This document shows, piece after piece, positions 23,221 through 32,339 of a DNA stretch of 64,000 nucleotides (position 1 is the first letter of the stretch; each line of letters begins with the position of its first letter). The position numbers were made by a program, and so were the translations under genes. The notes beneath the pieces are model-generated. The model ran no database searches. It saw only the letters and a list, made by a program, of their open reading frames with translations, and was not told the DNA's origin. Source of the DNA: a phage; the sequence record PZ445521.1; one strand, written 5' to 3'.

Positions 23221-23274
23221 CCTCATGTTATGTCAGTAAGACTACTATAACACAACACGAGGGACTTGTAAACT
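23221..23274 (-). promoter_or_regulatory. T4-type early promoter plus leader, copy 1 of a 54-nt repeat
   Basis: minus strand GTTTAC, 18-nt spacer, TATAGT, then GAGG RBS; 53/54 identical to 38623-38676. Confidence 0.7.
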
Positions 23275-25330
23275 ACATCTTGAACTTTTTAGACATTCCG
23301 TTGATGTTAACCAAAGAAGCCAAGATTTGAGAAACTTCGTTTTCCTCTTCTTTTGATTCTTCTACAAGGAATTGATTAAATCCAGCCATTGGACGAACTT
23401 CACCAGTTTCCATTAAATGGTCGCCATCATATACTGATTCTTCTAATTGTTCAGAAGGAGGAACGATTGTACCTTCGATTAGATACTTGTTATAAGCAGT
23501 TTCTTTCATAAAGTACGTACTTACTTTATTAATCTTCAGTAAAATTCCACGCGGTAGAATAACTTCAGCTTCTGATGGAAATCCTGATAAATGACCTGGA
23601 ACGATAACTTTGATTCGCTCAGCTCCTTTAATTACCATACCCACGCTAGTTTCAGCATCTTCATTGGCATATGTAGAATGACTACCCATATGCATTAAAT
23701 CTTCTGCATCAACGGAACCTTCTCCTTCGCCAGAAAATACTGCGCCGGAATCATCTAGAGCCATATAGTTTTTACCATGCTCACCGAAGATATTTGGTTT
23801 AAGTGATGTCGATACGAAGTTCTTGAAATAGAACATTTTGTTTTCAATGTTATGACGCAAAGTTTTAAAGGTAACTTCTTGTCCACGGTAAAGTGTAGTT
23901 CCTGGAGGAAGAACTGATCCTTTGGCAAAGGCAGAATCTAACGTCTCGATGTGCTTAATAGCTCTTTCCATGTATTCTTCACGGGTAGAATCTGGTTTAC
24001 CCAAAAGGAACGAGTTCATTTCAACATATGAATCTGCACAATAATCTTCAATTACATCAGATTCAGCCTGAGTCAGTCCTTTTGGAGTTACTTCGGTGCT
24101 TGCGTATTCATATGCCTGAGCAGCAGATTCATTAATCAATTTATAAATGCCATTCATTACAAATTGAATAATAGCTGTCTTTTCATCTGATGCAGCTTTA
24201 GAACCTTTAACTAAATCATTGATAATTTTCTTAATAACATCAAAGCTATTAGAAATATTAATGTCAGCAAGATCGCTTAAAATTTTATCAGTTTTATAAT
24301 CAAAGAATTCTTTATTCTTTAAATATTCTTGAGAACCTTGATATGTTATATCGCTCTGCAGCTTGATAGATGGATCGCGTAAACGTGCATGGGCTAATGC
24401 AATATGATTTCGGAAACTTTCTAGTTCATAATCATTAGATTTAAAACGAGAAGCACTTCTCATACCACCGATAGCTCCTTTGCTGAAGTTTGAACCAATC
24501 TGGATAACGCCAGAGTTCATTGGTCCTTCTGCTTTGTATACCGGAACTTTAGATTCAAACTCTTGATATTTCTTGGCAGCGAAGCTATCGCCTTGAAGTG
24601 AAGCATCGACAGTAGAATATTGAGCTTGTGCTGCTAATCGACGACTAATTTTAGTTTTTTGAATAACCGCTTGATCAGTACGTTTATCATTTTCCAAAGC
24701 AATAGAAGCAGCAACTGCGACAGCTTTAGGAACAGCATTACCTGTTTTAACGTCTACATAAACATCACCGACCTTTGATTCAACTTTTGTGAATAGCTCT
24801 GTTGAAATAGGAGGTACACCTGGAATGTCTTCTAAATTGGCATTTTTACGGTAAACCATAATATATGCATACTTTTTATCATAGTCCCAGATTTCCTTTA
24901 AAAGAACATATCGACCTGCTCCTTTAGTACGCACTAAACGGTCAGCAATAACTTGCATTTGACGAGCAGCGCCATTTGTTTTACTCTTTAGTACGCGGAA
25001 TAGGCATGCGTCAATTTTATACTGCTTCATTGTTTGAAGAGCAGTATCAAAAACAGCGTTAATGACGCCAATTGGATTTCCACCCAAGTTTTTAAGCTTA
25101 ACCAGCGATAATTTCTCGTTGACACCTATCATTACGATATGCATCATTTTATCGCCTGGCTTAACGTTTTTATTTGTATCACCACCTGAGGTGTATGTAC
25201 AAAATCTAAATCCAGGAAGCACGCTTTCTTCACCGGCTTGAATAGCAAAAATTTGTGGTATTTTATGCTTAGGATTTAAGTTAACAACCGGCGCCGAAGC
25301 GCCGTCAAATAATTCTGTAATAAGTTCCAT
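23273..25330 (-). CDS. Alt-family ADP-ribosyltransferase paralog (copy A)
   Basis: 685 aa; N-terminal about 220 aa highly similar to copy B; ART-like YRGQ, FVSTSL and SEAEVILP motifs. Confidence 0.85.
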   Translation of the reverse strand: MELITELFDGASAPVVNLNPKHKIPQIFAIQAGEESVLPGFRFCTYTSGGDTNKNVKPGDKMMHIVMIGVNEKLSLVKLKNLGGNPIGVINAVFDTALQTMKQYKIDACLFRVLKSKTNGAARQMQVIADRLVRTKGAGRYVLLKEIWDYDKKYAYIMVYRKNANLEDIPGVPPISTELFTKVESKVGDVYVDVKTGNAVPKAVAVAASIALENDKRTDQAVIQKTKISRRLAAQAQYSTVDASLQGDSFAAKKYQEFESKVPVYKAEGPMNSGVIQIGSNFSKGAIGGMRSASRFKSNDYELESFRNHIALAHARLRDPSIKLQSDITYQGSQEYLKNKEFFDYKTDKILSDLADINISNSFDVIKKIINDLVKGSKAASDEKTAIIQFVMNGIYKLINESAAQAYEYASTEVTPKGLTQAESDVIEDYCADSYVEMNSFLLGKPDSTREEYMERAIKHIETLDSAFAKGSVLPPGTTLYRGQEVTFKTLRHNIENKMFYFKNFVSTSLKPNIFGEHGKNYMALDDSGAVFSGEGEGSVDAEDLMHMGSHSTYANEDAETSVGMVIKGAERIKVIVPGHLSGFPSEAEVILPRGILLKINKVSTYFMKETAYNKYLIEGTIVPPSEQLEESVYDGDHLMETGEVRPMAGFNQFLVEESKEEENEVSQILASLVNINGMSKKFKM

Positions 25331-25333
25331 GAT

Positions 25334-27430
25334 TTATCCTTGAACGAACTTGTAAGGCATGTTTGTAATATCTATGCAAGACGCAATAATTCCAAGAGAT
25401 GATTCTACTTTCTGTTTAACGTTTGATGAAACAAATGATGCAAAGTCAACTCTGTCTTCTATTTCAATATCACCTGTCATTGCAACCAATTCACCAGTTT
25501 CCATTAAATGGTCTCCATCATAGATTACCGATTCGGTGAGCTCTTCCGTGGTCATAACTTCAGCTTGAATGAGTTTTGTATTATTAGATGTTGTTCCGTC
25601 ATTATTAGAAGCATCAGTTATTTTATTAACTTTGACCATCAATCCACGCGGTAGAATAACTTCAGCTTCTGTTGCTATTCCGAGACTTCCTGGATATACA
25701 ACATTAACTTTATGAGCTCCATCAATTGCCCATCCTATTTGAACTTTAACGTATTCAGGATTTTCTTTATACGCTCTTATTTCGTTTGGATTAATAGTTA
25801 TTCCTTCTTCATTTTTATCAACTGTTAATTCATTGCGAGCTTCTGGTTCTAAAAGACCAATACCAGCATGTGTAATTCCAAAACGTCCAAAAATGATAGG
25901 AGTTAAAGAAGTAGATACAAAATTTCTGAAGTAGAACACTTTATTTTTAACTAACGCTTCATATATAGGAGCAGTCATACTTTGAGCACGATAAACTGTA
26001 ATGCCTTCTGGTATACGGTCACCATTTTCAAAAGCTGAATCTAAGTTATTTATAGCAGATTCAATTTCTTTTTCACTCATTACATCATATCGTTCTGGAT
26101 TGTAACGACCTAAAAGAAGATTATTGATGTCAGTATATCCTGAACCGCAATATTCTCTAATGCCACGCTTTTGTGATGGAGTATATTTAGAACCATCGCG
26201 GGCAATAGTAATATCAATCATTGGACCAGCACCAATTCCAGAAAAACTGTAAATCATTCGTTTGAGGAATTTAGTTTTTGCTGCGTTCCAGGAATTTTTA
26301 GTTATTTCTTCCCAGACTTCATCTGGTTGTCCTTTACGATTTTTATTATGATTAGCAAGCCATTTATCTTTATAATCTTCAAAGAATTGATTTACAGCTG
26401 CTGCGTATTTCTCTAAACATTTTATTGAAGTAGTTGGTTCATTTTTAATTGCATTAAAAATTACTTCTTTAATTTTTTCTGAAACTTCACCGACCCGACT
26501 CAGCGGAAAGAATTTATAATCATAGTGAAGTTCATCTGCCGTTCCTTCAGCAATAATTTTTGCTGCCTTTGTTTTAGAAGCTAATGAATTAATTCCAATT
26601 TTCATTTCTTCTGCTTCGGGAATTAAAGGTGCAGTAGCTGGTTTATTAAAATTAGCTGCTGTAGATTCATACTTCTGGAATAATTCACTTTCAAATCTAG
26701 AAGATTCCAATGACTGACTTTGTGCAATTGCTCTACGGGAAATTTTAACTTTAACGATTACGGCTTGGTCAGAACGTTTATCATTTTCTTGTGCAATTGA
26801 TGCTGCAATTGCTTCATTTTTAGTTACCTGATTTCCGGTATCTTTGTTGATATAAACATCACCAACCTTCGATTCAACCTTAGTAAAGAGTTCAGTACTA
26901 ATTTCTGGAACTCCTGGAATGTCTTCTAGTGATACGTTTTTACGATGTATAAGAATATATGCATACTTTTTATCGTAATCCCAGAGTTCCTTAAGAAGGA
27001 CGTATCTGCCACCTGAACGACTACGGATAAGTCTATCAGCAATAAGTTGAATTTGTCGAGCTTGACCGGCGGTTTTAGACTTAAGAATGCGTAGCATACA
27101 TGCATCAATTTTATACTGACGCATAGTTTGCATTGCAACGGTAAATACTGAATTGATGTAATTAATAGGACTCGGTCCAAGACCCTTTAATTTAGCAATT
27201 GACCCCTTTGCAGTTAATGTAAAAGGAACGATATGCATCATTTTATCGCCCATTTTTAAATCGCGATTAGTATCACCTCCAGATGTATAGGTACATAAAC
27301 GAAAGCCTGGTTGTTCAATTGCATCATCAACATGAACTGAAAAAATTTGTGGTATTTTCTTCTTTGGATTTAAGTTTGTAATCGGAAGAGTAGTATCTTC
27401 GTCAAATAATTCTGTAATGAGTTCCATCAT
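25334..27430 (-). CDS. alt: Alt ADP-ribosyltransferase (copy B, the one matching my memory of T4 Alt)
   Basis: 697-698 aa (two adjacent Met codons); YRAQ, FVSTSL and TEAEVILP motifs. Confidence 0.88.
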   Translation of the reverse strand: MMELITELFDEDTTLPITNLNPKKKIPQIFSVHVDDAIEQPGFRLCTYTSGGDTNRDLKMGDKMMHIVPFTLTAKGSIAKLKGLGPSPINYINSVFTVAMQTMRQYKIDACMLRILKSKTAGQARQIQLIADRLIRSRSGGRYVLLKELWDYDKKYAYILIHRKNVSLEDIPGVPEISTELFTKVESKVGDVYINKDTGNQVTKNEAIAASIAQENDKRSDQAVIVKVKISRRAIAQSQSLESSRFESELFQKYESTAANFNKPATAPLIPEAEEMKIGINSLASKTKAAKIIAEGTADELHYDYKFFPLSRVGEVSEKIKEVIFNAIKNEPTTSIKCLEKYAAAVNQFFEDYKDKWLANHNKNRKGQPDEVWEEITKNSWNAAKTKFLKRMIYSFSGIGAGPMIDITIARDGSKYTPSQKRGIREYCGSGYTDINNLLLGRYNPERYDVMSEKEIESAINNLDSAFENGDRIPEGITVYRAQSMTAPIYEALVKNKVFYFRNFVSTSLTPIIFGRFGITHAGIGLLEPEARNELTVDKNEEGITINPNEIRAYKENPEYVKVQIGWAIDGAHKVNVVYPGSLGIATEAEVILPRGLMVKVNKITDASNNDGTTSNNTKLIQAEVMTTEELTESVIYDGDHLMETGELVAMTGDIEIEDRVDFASFVSSNVKQKVESSLGIIASCIDITNMPYKFVQG

Positions 27431-27450
27431 ATCCTCTCTAGTGTTTATTC

Positions 27451-27458
27451 TATTTATA
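27451..27458 (-). promoter_or_regulatory. late promoter TATAAATA (minus strand) upstream of alt
   Basis: plus tatttata is minus TATAAATA about 21 nt before the alt ATG. Confidence 0.6.
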
Positions 27459-27464
27459 AAATTA

Positions 27465-27482
27465 AAGGCCCGAAGGCCTTTA
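27465..27482 (-). terminator. hairpin overlapping stop of the 62-aa ORF
   Basis: aaaggcccgaaggccttt read directly. Confidence 0.5.
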
Positions 27483-27668
27483 ATAATCTATTGGTAAGAG
27501 AGTACGATATATTTCAAACTTTGGACCTTTTTCATAGGCATCAAATGTTTCTGTGAATTTATTATAAGCATATGCATCTATAAATTCAATCATGATTTGT
27601 GATACAGAAGTAGAAACATCTCCACCTTCTTTTTGAGCCACGACAATTGTTTCTAAGTAAGCTTTCAT
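27480..27668 (-). CDS. hypothetical protein
   Basis: 62 aa ORF between ligase and alt; start overlaps ligase stop. Confidence 0.55.
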   Translation of the reverse strand: MKAYLETIVVAQKEGGDVSTSVSQIMIEFIDAYAYNKFTETFDAYEKGPKFEIYRTLLPIDY

Positions 27669-29128
27669 AAACCAGTTACCTCATGAAAATCACCAAATAC
27701 ATCCTCGAATGTATTAGCTTTAGTTTTATCTTCACGTAAACGAATCGCAATCGGAAGAAATAATTTAACGTAATCAGTGCGGCCATCGGATTTTAACCAA
27801 CCGTTGCATTCGCACTCTAGAATTTTTCCAATATAATAATTTTGATTTTCCATAATGCGAGTACGGTCAAGTTCATGTGATTTTACGCCGGCTTTATCTT
27901 TTAAGCCTGAACCGGCATTTACCTTAATTTTTCCACACTCTGATTCAAGAATGAAACCACCTGCTTTAGTAGGGTCTTTACGGTGAGGATAAATTCCTAC
28001 AATTTTTAAATCAACATCAATTACTTCTTTAAATTTATAAAGATTTTTTGAACGAGCATTTTCCCATAATCCATCGATATTTTTGAGAATAATACCTTCA
28101 AGACCTTGGTCAATATACTTTTTGTAAATTACCTTAGCTTCATCTAGGTTATTTACTACTTGGTTTTCAATTAAAATTACTTTATCATAGCCTGATGTCA
28201 TTTGTTCTAGTTTAGAAAAACGTACATCATATTTTAAACGAAATGCTGGAAGACCATATATTTCTACTAATGGAACATAATCCCAGACCTGAAACTTCAT
28301 GCATTGTGCTTCTTTTTCAGAAATGGTTCCCTTTAAAGATTTATTGGCGATGCCATTAGATGCAGTACGTGATTCAGCTACTTCGGCGAATTCTTTAGCT
28401 TTACTAATTTCAGGATAAGCATCAAAAAGAAAATCTAGGCCTTCTGGTTCCTTTTCAACTTGCTCATGGTATACCAATTCGCCATCAATTAACACACCTT
28501 CTGGATGAATCTGGCGGGCTTCAGCAGTCATTTTGATTAACTCTTCCTTAAGAAGATCTAATCCTAGATATTCATTGCCAGCTCGTGATAAAAGACGAAC
28601 ATCATCTAATTCATCACCTCTGACTTCGGCAAAGCACCGAGCTCCATCAGCTTTTAACTGGGCAAAGGCTGGAAATTTGATATTCTTATTAATGCCTTTT
28701 TCATCATAAGAACTTGCAAGCATTTGAGGTTGTTCAGGAATTAAACCTGGCCAAACTTTGTTCGCAATAGATACTGAAGCGCCACATTCAAGGTCTCGCA
28801 TCATCACTCGACGCAAAACTTCAACATCATCTTTTTTACCATCGGTGATATATCCAGATAATTCCTCAATTGCCGCATTTCCGGTCAATTTCCGAGTAGC
28901 TAACGTGAATTCAATGAAGTCAAGCATATCGGTAAGAGTCAACATTCCAAAACTCTGGGTAGCAATACCAGATTTAGGCCATTTCTTGATATAATACTGC
29001 AACCCACGAGAATAAGTCAGACGATATACTCGTTTAAGCAATTCATTATCTTTATTCTTTTCAAGAATTGCTTGCTTCTGCTTAGTTGAACCAATAGATG
29101 CTATTTCGTTCAGAATTTTAAGAATCAT
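27665..29128 (-). CDS. 30: ATP-dependent DNA ligase gp30
   Basis: 487 aa as T4 ligase; recognised N-terminus. Confidence 0.94.
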   Translation of the reverse strand: MILKILNEIASIGSTKQKQAILEKNKDNELLKRVYRLTYSRGLQYYIKKWPKSGIATQSFGMLTLTDMLDFIEFTLATRKLTGNAAIEELSGYITDGKKDDVEVLRRVMMRDLECGASVSIANKVWPGLIPEQPQMLASSYDEKGINKNIKFPAFAQLKADGARCFAEVRGDELDDVRLLSRAGNEYLGLDLLKEELIKMTAEARQIHPEGVLIDGELVYHEQVEKEPEGLDFLFDAYPEISKAKEFAEVAESRTASNGIANKSLKGTISEKEAQCMKFQVWDYVPLVEIYGLPAFRLKYDVRFSKLEQMTSGYDKVILIENQVVNNLDEAKVIYKKYIDQGLEGIILKNIDGLWENARSKNLYKFKEVIDVDLKIVGIYPHRKDPTKAGGFILESECGKIKVNAGSGLKDKAGVKSHELDRTRIMENQNYYIGKILECECNGWLKSDGRTDYVKLFLPIAIRLREDKTKANTFEDVFGDFHEVTGL

Positions 29129-29394
29129 TGTTCATCCTTTAGAGTTTGGTTTACAGCTCTATTATAAATCAATTCATCATTAAGCTCAGTCAAAGACCTG
29201 TGGTACGTGGTTCTAATTTTATTTCCTTGCATCCAGTGCTTGACGTAAATGAAACCTTGCTCTATACATTTTTTAAAAATTCGTTCGTCTTTTTGAGCTC
29301 GGAATTCTGGATTGCATCTAAAAAATTGATTTACGTGACCGTAATCACGTGTAGTATTACCTTCATTTTCATAAATAGTGTGAACAACAAACAT
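29125..29394 (-). CDS. hypothetical protein (T4 30.x region)
   Basis: 89 aa; translationally coupled to neighbours. Confidence 0.6.
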   Translation of the reverse strand: MFVVHTIYENEGNTTRDYGHVNQFFRCNPEFRAQKDERIFKKCIEQGFIYVKHWMQGNKIRTTYHRSLTELNDELIYNRAVNQTLKDEQ

Positions 29395-30248
29395 TAGAAT
29401 GCTCCTTGGAAAATATTATCACCACTACCACTAGTAAGTCTATTAAAATACCCTGCATCGCCAGGCTTAATATAACTCCATGTATGGAATGGATGCATCT
29501 GATGTGAGTGTGTATAATATGGATGATATGGATTATAAGGATTAAATCCAGGAGTTCTCCAGGTAGTATTCCAACGAAAAGAATCGTTTTTAATCATCTT
29601 TTCGATTGCATCTTTTATAGCTTTTTCACTATCAAAACTTTCTTTATTTTCCTTCGGTGAAAAAAGCTTATTTTCTACATCATTCCATGTATAAACTCGC
29701 TGAGCAGTTTTTGGAATACTGTCACGCTCTCCTCGAGCCATCCAATAAACAGGAACACGTAATATTTCACTTGCATGATCGCAGTGGTGAGCAAGATCAT
29801 CAATATAACAAATTACATTATATTTCTCTTTTGCCTTTTTGAACAACTCTTCTTTTGAAGAATCATGACCACACATCATTACTTCTGAGAAGGCACCAGG
29901 AAAAAGAGCATTCAAATTAAATTGACGATTCAACAGAGCGTCAATAGAATCACCCAATGCTGTAACAGCTACAAAATTATAATCTTCTTTTAATTTGTTA
30001 ATTACACACAGGGCATCTTTATATGGAGACAAGTAACGAATAAAATCTGAACGATTGTATTTTTCAATTAACTTGACGCCAAGTTCTTCATCACAATTAA
30101 AAAGTTTACCTGGAGAAATAAATTTCTCATCTTGGATCATTTTTAAAATATGTTCCAACGGAAGATTATATTTCTGGGCAAAATAAGGAAGTCCTGATTG
30201 CCAGCTTAAACATACTCCATCAATATCAGTTAAAATAGTAGGCTTCAT
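29394..30248 (-). CDS. HAD-superfamily phosphatase-like protein with aromatic/His/Pro-rich C-terminal tail
   Basis: 284 aa; N-terminal DIDGV and internal IDD motifs. Confidence 0.65.
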   Translation of the reverse strand: MKPTILTDIDGVCLSWQSGLPYFAQKYNLPLEHILKMIQDEKFISPGKLFNCDEELGVKLIEKYNRSDFIRYLSPYKDALCVINKLKEDYNFVAVTALGDSIDALLNRQFNLNALFPGAFSEVMMCGHDSSKEELFKKAKEKYNVICYIDDLAHHCDHASEILRVPVYWMARGERDSIPKTAQRVYTWNDVENKLFSPKENKESFDSEKAIKDAIEKMIKNDSFRWNTTWRTPGFNPYNPYHPYYTHSHQMHPFHTWSYIKPGDAGYFNRLTSGSGDNIFQGAF

Positions 30249-30709
30249 AGAGAGTCTCTTAATAGGTTTAACACATCAATAAATTCAGCTTCGGTTAGTA
30301 TTGTATCATCTTTTGTTAGACCACTAGCCATGCTGTGCTTCAAAACTTTTCCTTTCGAGGCTAGTAATGCATCACGAAAGCCCTTGTTTTGAATCGCTGC
30401 TTCAAAATATGCATTTGTATACAACTCTTTCCACGCTGGAGAGTATCTTGAAAATGGAACTCCCAGCCAGAAGAGGGTCCCACGGTCCTGAGCTCTTGCA
30501 TAAGACCTTCCAGCTTGTTGGGCGGCAACCCCGGATAACCCAAATATACGTCTTTGCTGCTCAACATTTTTCACCTTGCATCCTTGGAGGAATCCTTCGA
30601 GACCTCCAAATTGAATACCATCCATGACGAAAGGCCATTGGGCGAAATTACTTAATGCGCATGATGGCCATCTAAAATTGCTTCTAATCTCTAACTCAGA
30701 CATTTTCAA
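30245..30709 (-). CDS. NADAR/YbiA-like (DUF1768) protein
   Basis: 154 aa; LSNFAQWPFVMDG resembles the FSNF..WP..DG core of E. coli YbiA. Confidence 0.6.
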   Translation of the reverse strand: MKMSELEIRSNFRWPSCALSNFAQWPFVMDGIQFGGLEGFLQGCKVKNVEQQRRIFGLSGVAAQQAGRSYARAQDRGTLFWLGVPFSRYSPAWKELYTNAYFEAAIQNKGFRDALLASKGKVLKHSMASGLTKDDTILTEAEFIDVLNLLRDSL

Positions 30710-30902
30710 TACTTATAATTTCAACATCAGCCCAATGACCATAGCAAGGAAGACGAAATTCAACTGGCCAGTTAGGGTCCTTTTCTAATATAATAGACTT
30801 AACTTGTGGTTCTTCATGTTCATCAGTATATGGATTTTTATCTGTTACTTTATATGTGACCTTAATGTACTGAATTCCAAAAATCTTATTAATTATATTC
30901 AT
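30696..30902 (-). CDS. hypothetical protein (30.x region)
   Basis: 68 aa ORF in same-strand operon. Confidence 0.5.
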   Translation of the reverse strand: MNIINKIFGIQYIKVTYKVTDKNPYTDEHEEPQVKSIILEKDPNWPVEFRLPCYGHWADVEIISIENV

Positions 30903-31096
30903 ACTAATTCCTTTAATCCGTAAATAGGAGATAATTCATCACCCATACGAAGGTCTTCATTTCCATCTACCCAGGAAACAATATAAGCCTCTTTTATTTG
31001 AACACCACTCCATTTAAATGGAGGTAGAACCTTAGAAATTAATCCAGGTATACCAACTCCCTTTAATTCAACAGTTTGACCTAAAAAGAATTTCAT
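30899..31096 (-). CDS. hypothetical protein (30.x region)
   Basis: 65 aa ORF, start-stop overlap. Confidence 0.5.
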   Translation of the reverse strand: MKFFLGQTVELKGVGIPGLISKVLPPFKWSGVQIKEAYIVSWVDGNEDLRMGDELSPIYGLKELV

Positions 31097-31419
31097 TAGA
31101 ACCTCATCTGAAAGCCGTGTGATTTAACATTACCACCGCCAATATCAGAAATGTTAATTTCACTCGCAATTGAAGGGTCAATGTCAATTTCACGATTGAG
31201 TTTAGTGATAGCTAAAGTATCACGCCCATTTACTGTACGGAATTCTAAAGGACAAACCACATCAACGTAATTTTTAATCGATTCACTGGTAGGTTGCAAA
31301 TGAGCAGGAAGGTCTTTGGGCGCCTTTGAGAAAACCACTTCACAGAAATTTTTGCGGGTGTCAAAATAAGTAGTCATAAACATAATATTTTCCTCAGTAA
31401 GGGGGCCAAAGCCCCTCAT
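31096..31419 (-). CDS. hypothetical protein (30.x region)
   Basis: 107 aa ORF. Confidence 0.55.
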   Translation of the reverse strand: MRGFGPLTEENIMFMTTYFDTRKNFCEVVFSKAPKDLPAHLQPTSESIKNYVDVVCPLEFRTVNGRDTLAITKLNREIDIDPSIASEINISDIGGGNVKSHGFQMRF

Positions 31420-31424
31420 TTATT

Positions 31425-31790
31425 TTAAATATCAAATTCGTTAAGAACTACATCAAAGATTGCTTCAAGATGCTCAGGTTTAGCTCTGTTACTCAGAATA
31501 TGACGAATCCAAGTTTTAACCAAAAGCTTGCGATTAGCACCATTCCAACAAGGATGAGTCCCTAAATCGCGTTGACGAAAATCATCATCCAGAGCGATTT
31601 TAAAGTTGGAACCTTCCATTGTGATTGAAACCGTGATGCCATTTTCAAATCGCATATAAACGTAATTAGGAGTCATATACTGTTCAATTTCGCATACTGA
31701 TCCATTTTGATGTTTCCAAAGGCAAATAGTATCAATAGAACCTGCAATACCATTAGAAACATATTTACGTTCAAAGTTGATGTAGTTCAT
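31425..31790 (-). CDS. hypothetical protein (30.x region)
   Basis: 121 aa ORF; early promoter just upstream. Confidence 0.6.
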   Translation of the reverse strand: MNYINFERKYVSNGIAGSIDTICLWKHQNGSVCEIEQYMTPNYVYMRFENGITVSITMEGSNFKIALDDDFRQRDLGTHPCWNGANRKLLVKTWIRHILSNRAKPEHLEAIFDVVLNEFDI

Positions 31791-31816
31791 TTTTGTTCTC
31801 CGAGATGTTTAATTGC

Positions 31817-31856
31817 GGTACAGGTATATAATATCATATCCTGTACCAAAGTAAAC
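31817..31856 (-). promoter_or_regulatory. early promoter with hairpin in the spacer
   Basis: minus GTTTAC, 17 nt, TATTAT; 8-bp inverted repeat ggtacagg/cctgtacc. Confidence 0.6.
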
Positions 31857-31860
31857 TATT

Positions 31861-32229
31861 TTATGCAACTTTAATCCAATTATCTAAATTTAATTCACCT
31901 TTGGCTTTCATTTTTTCAATCAAGAGGTCAGCGGTAATACGACCATTTTGATACCACGTAACATCTTCAGAGTAACCAGTTTCTTTATCTTCATAAGTCT
32001 CACAGCGAATTTTACCAAGAATCAAAGTTTTTAATTCATATGTATCTCCAGTAAAAAAGTTAGTTAACATTATTTTCCAAGAGAAATCATCAGAAGGACC
32101 TTCAGGAGTCATACAATCTACAAATTCAAATTGTTCTTTATATAAATGCCACTGAAGTTCTTTAGTTTCGATAGCTTTATAGCCGTCGTGATCTTTACCT
32201 TTGATGTATGAGTTAAGATTGATTTTCAT
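31861..32229 (-). CDS. hypothetical protein (30.x region)
   Basis: 122 aa ORF. Confidence 0.6.
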   Translation of the reverse strand: MKINLNSYIKGKDHDGYKAIETKELQWHLYKEQFEFVDCMTPEGPSDDFSWKIMLTNFFTGDTYELKTLILGKIRCETYEDKETGYSEDVTWYQNGRITADLLIEKMKAKGELNLDNWIKVA

Positions 32230-32315
32230 TTTATTCTCCTTTGTTTGTGTAAAATAATACTATCACAAAGGAACCATACTGTAAACAACTTTGTGCAATC
32301 TTTGGAAAATAAAAA

Positions 32316-32335
32316 AGGACTCCCGAAGGAGTCCT
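32316..32335 (-). terminator. rho-independent terminator
   Basis: hairpin aggactcccgaaggagtcct, T tract on minus strand. Confidence 0.7.
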
Positions 32336-32339
32336 CAAC

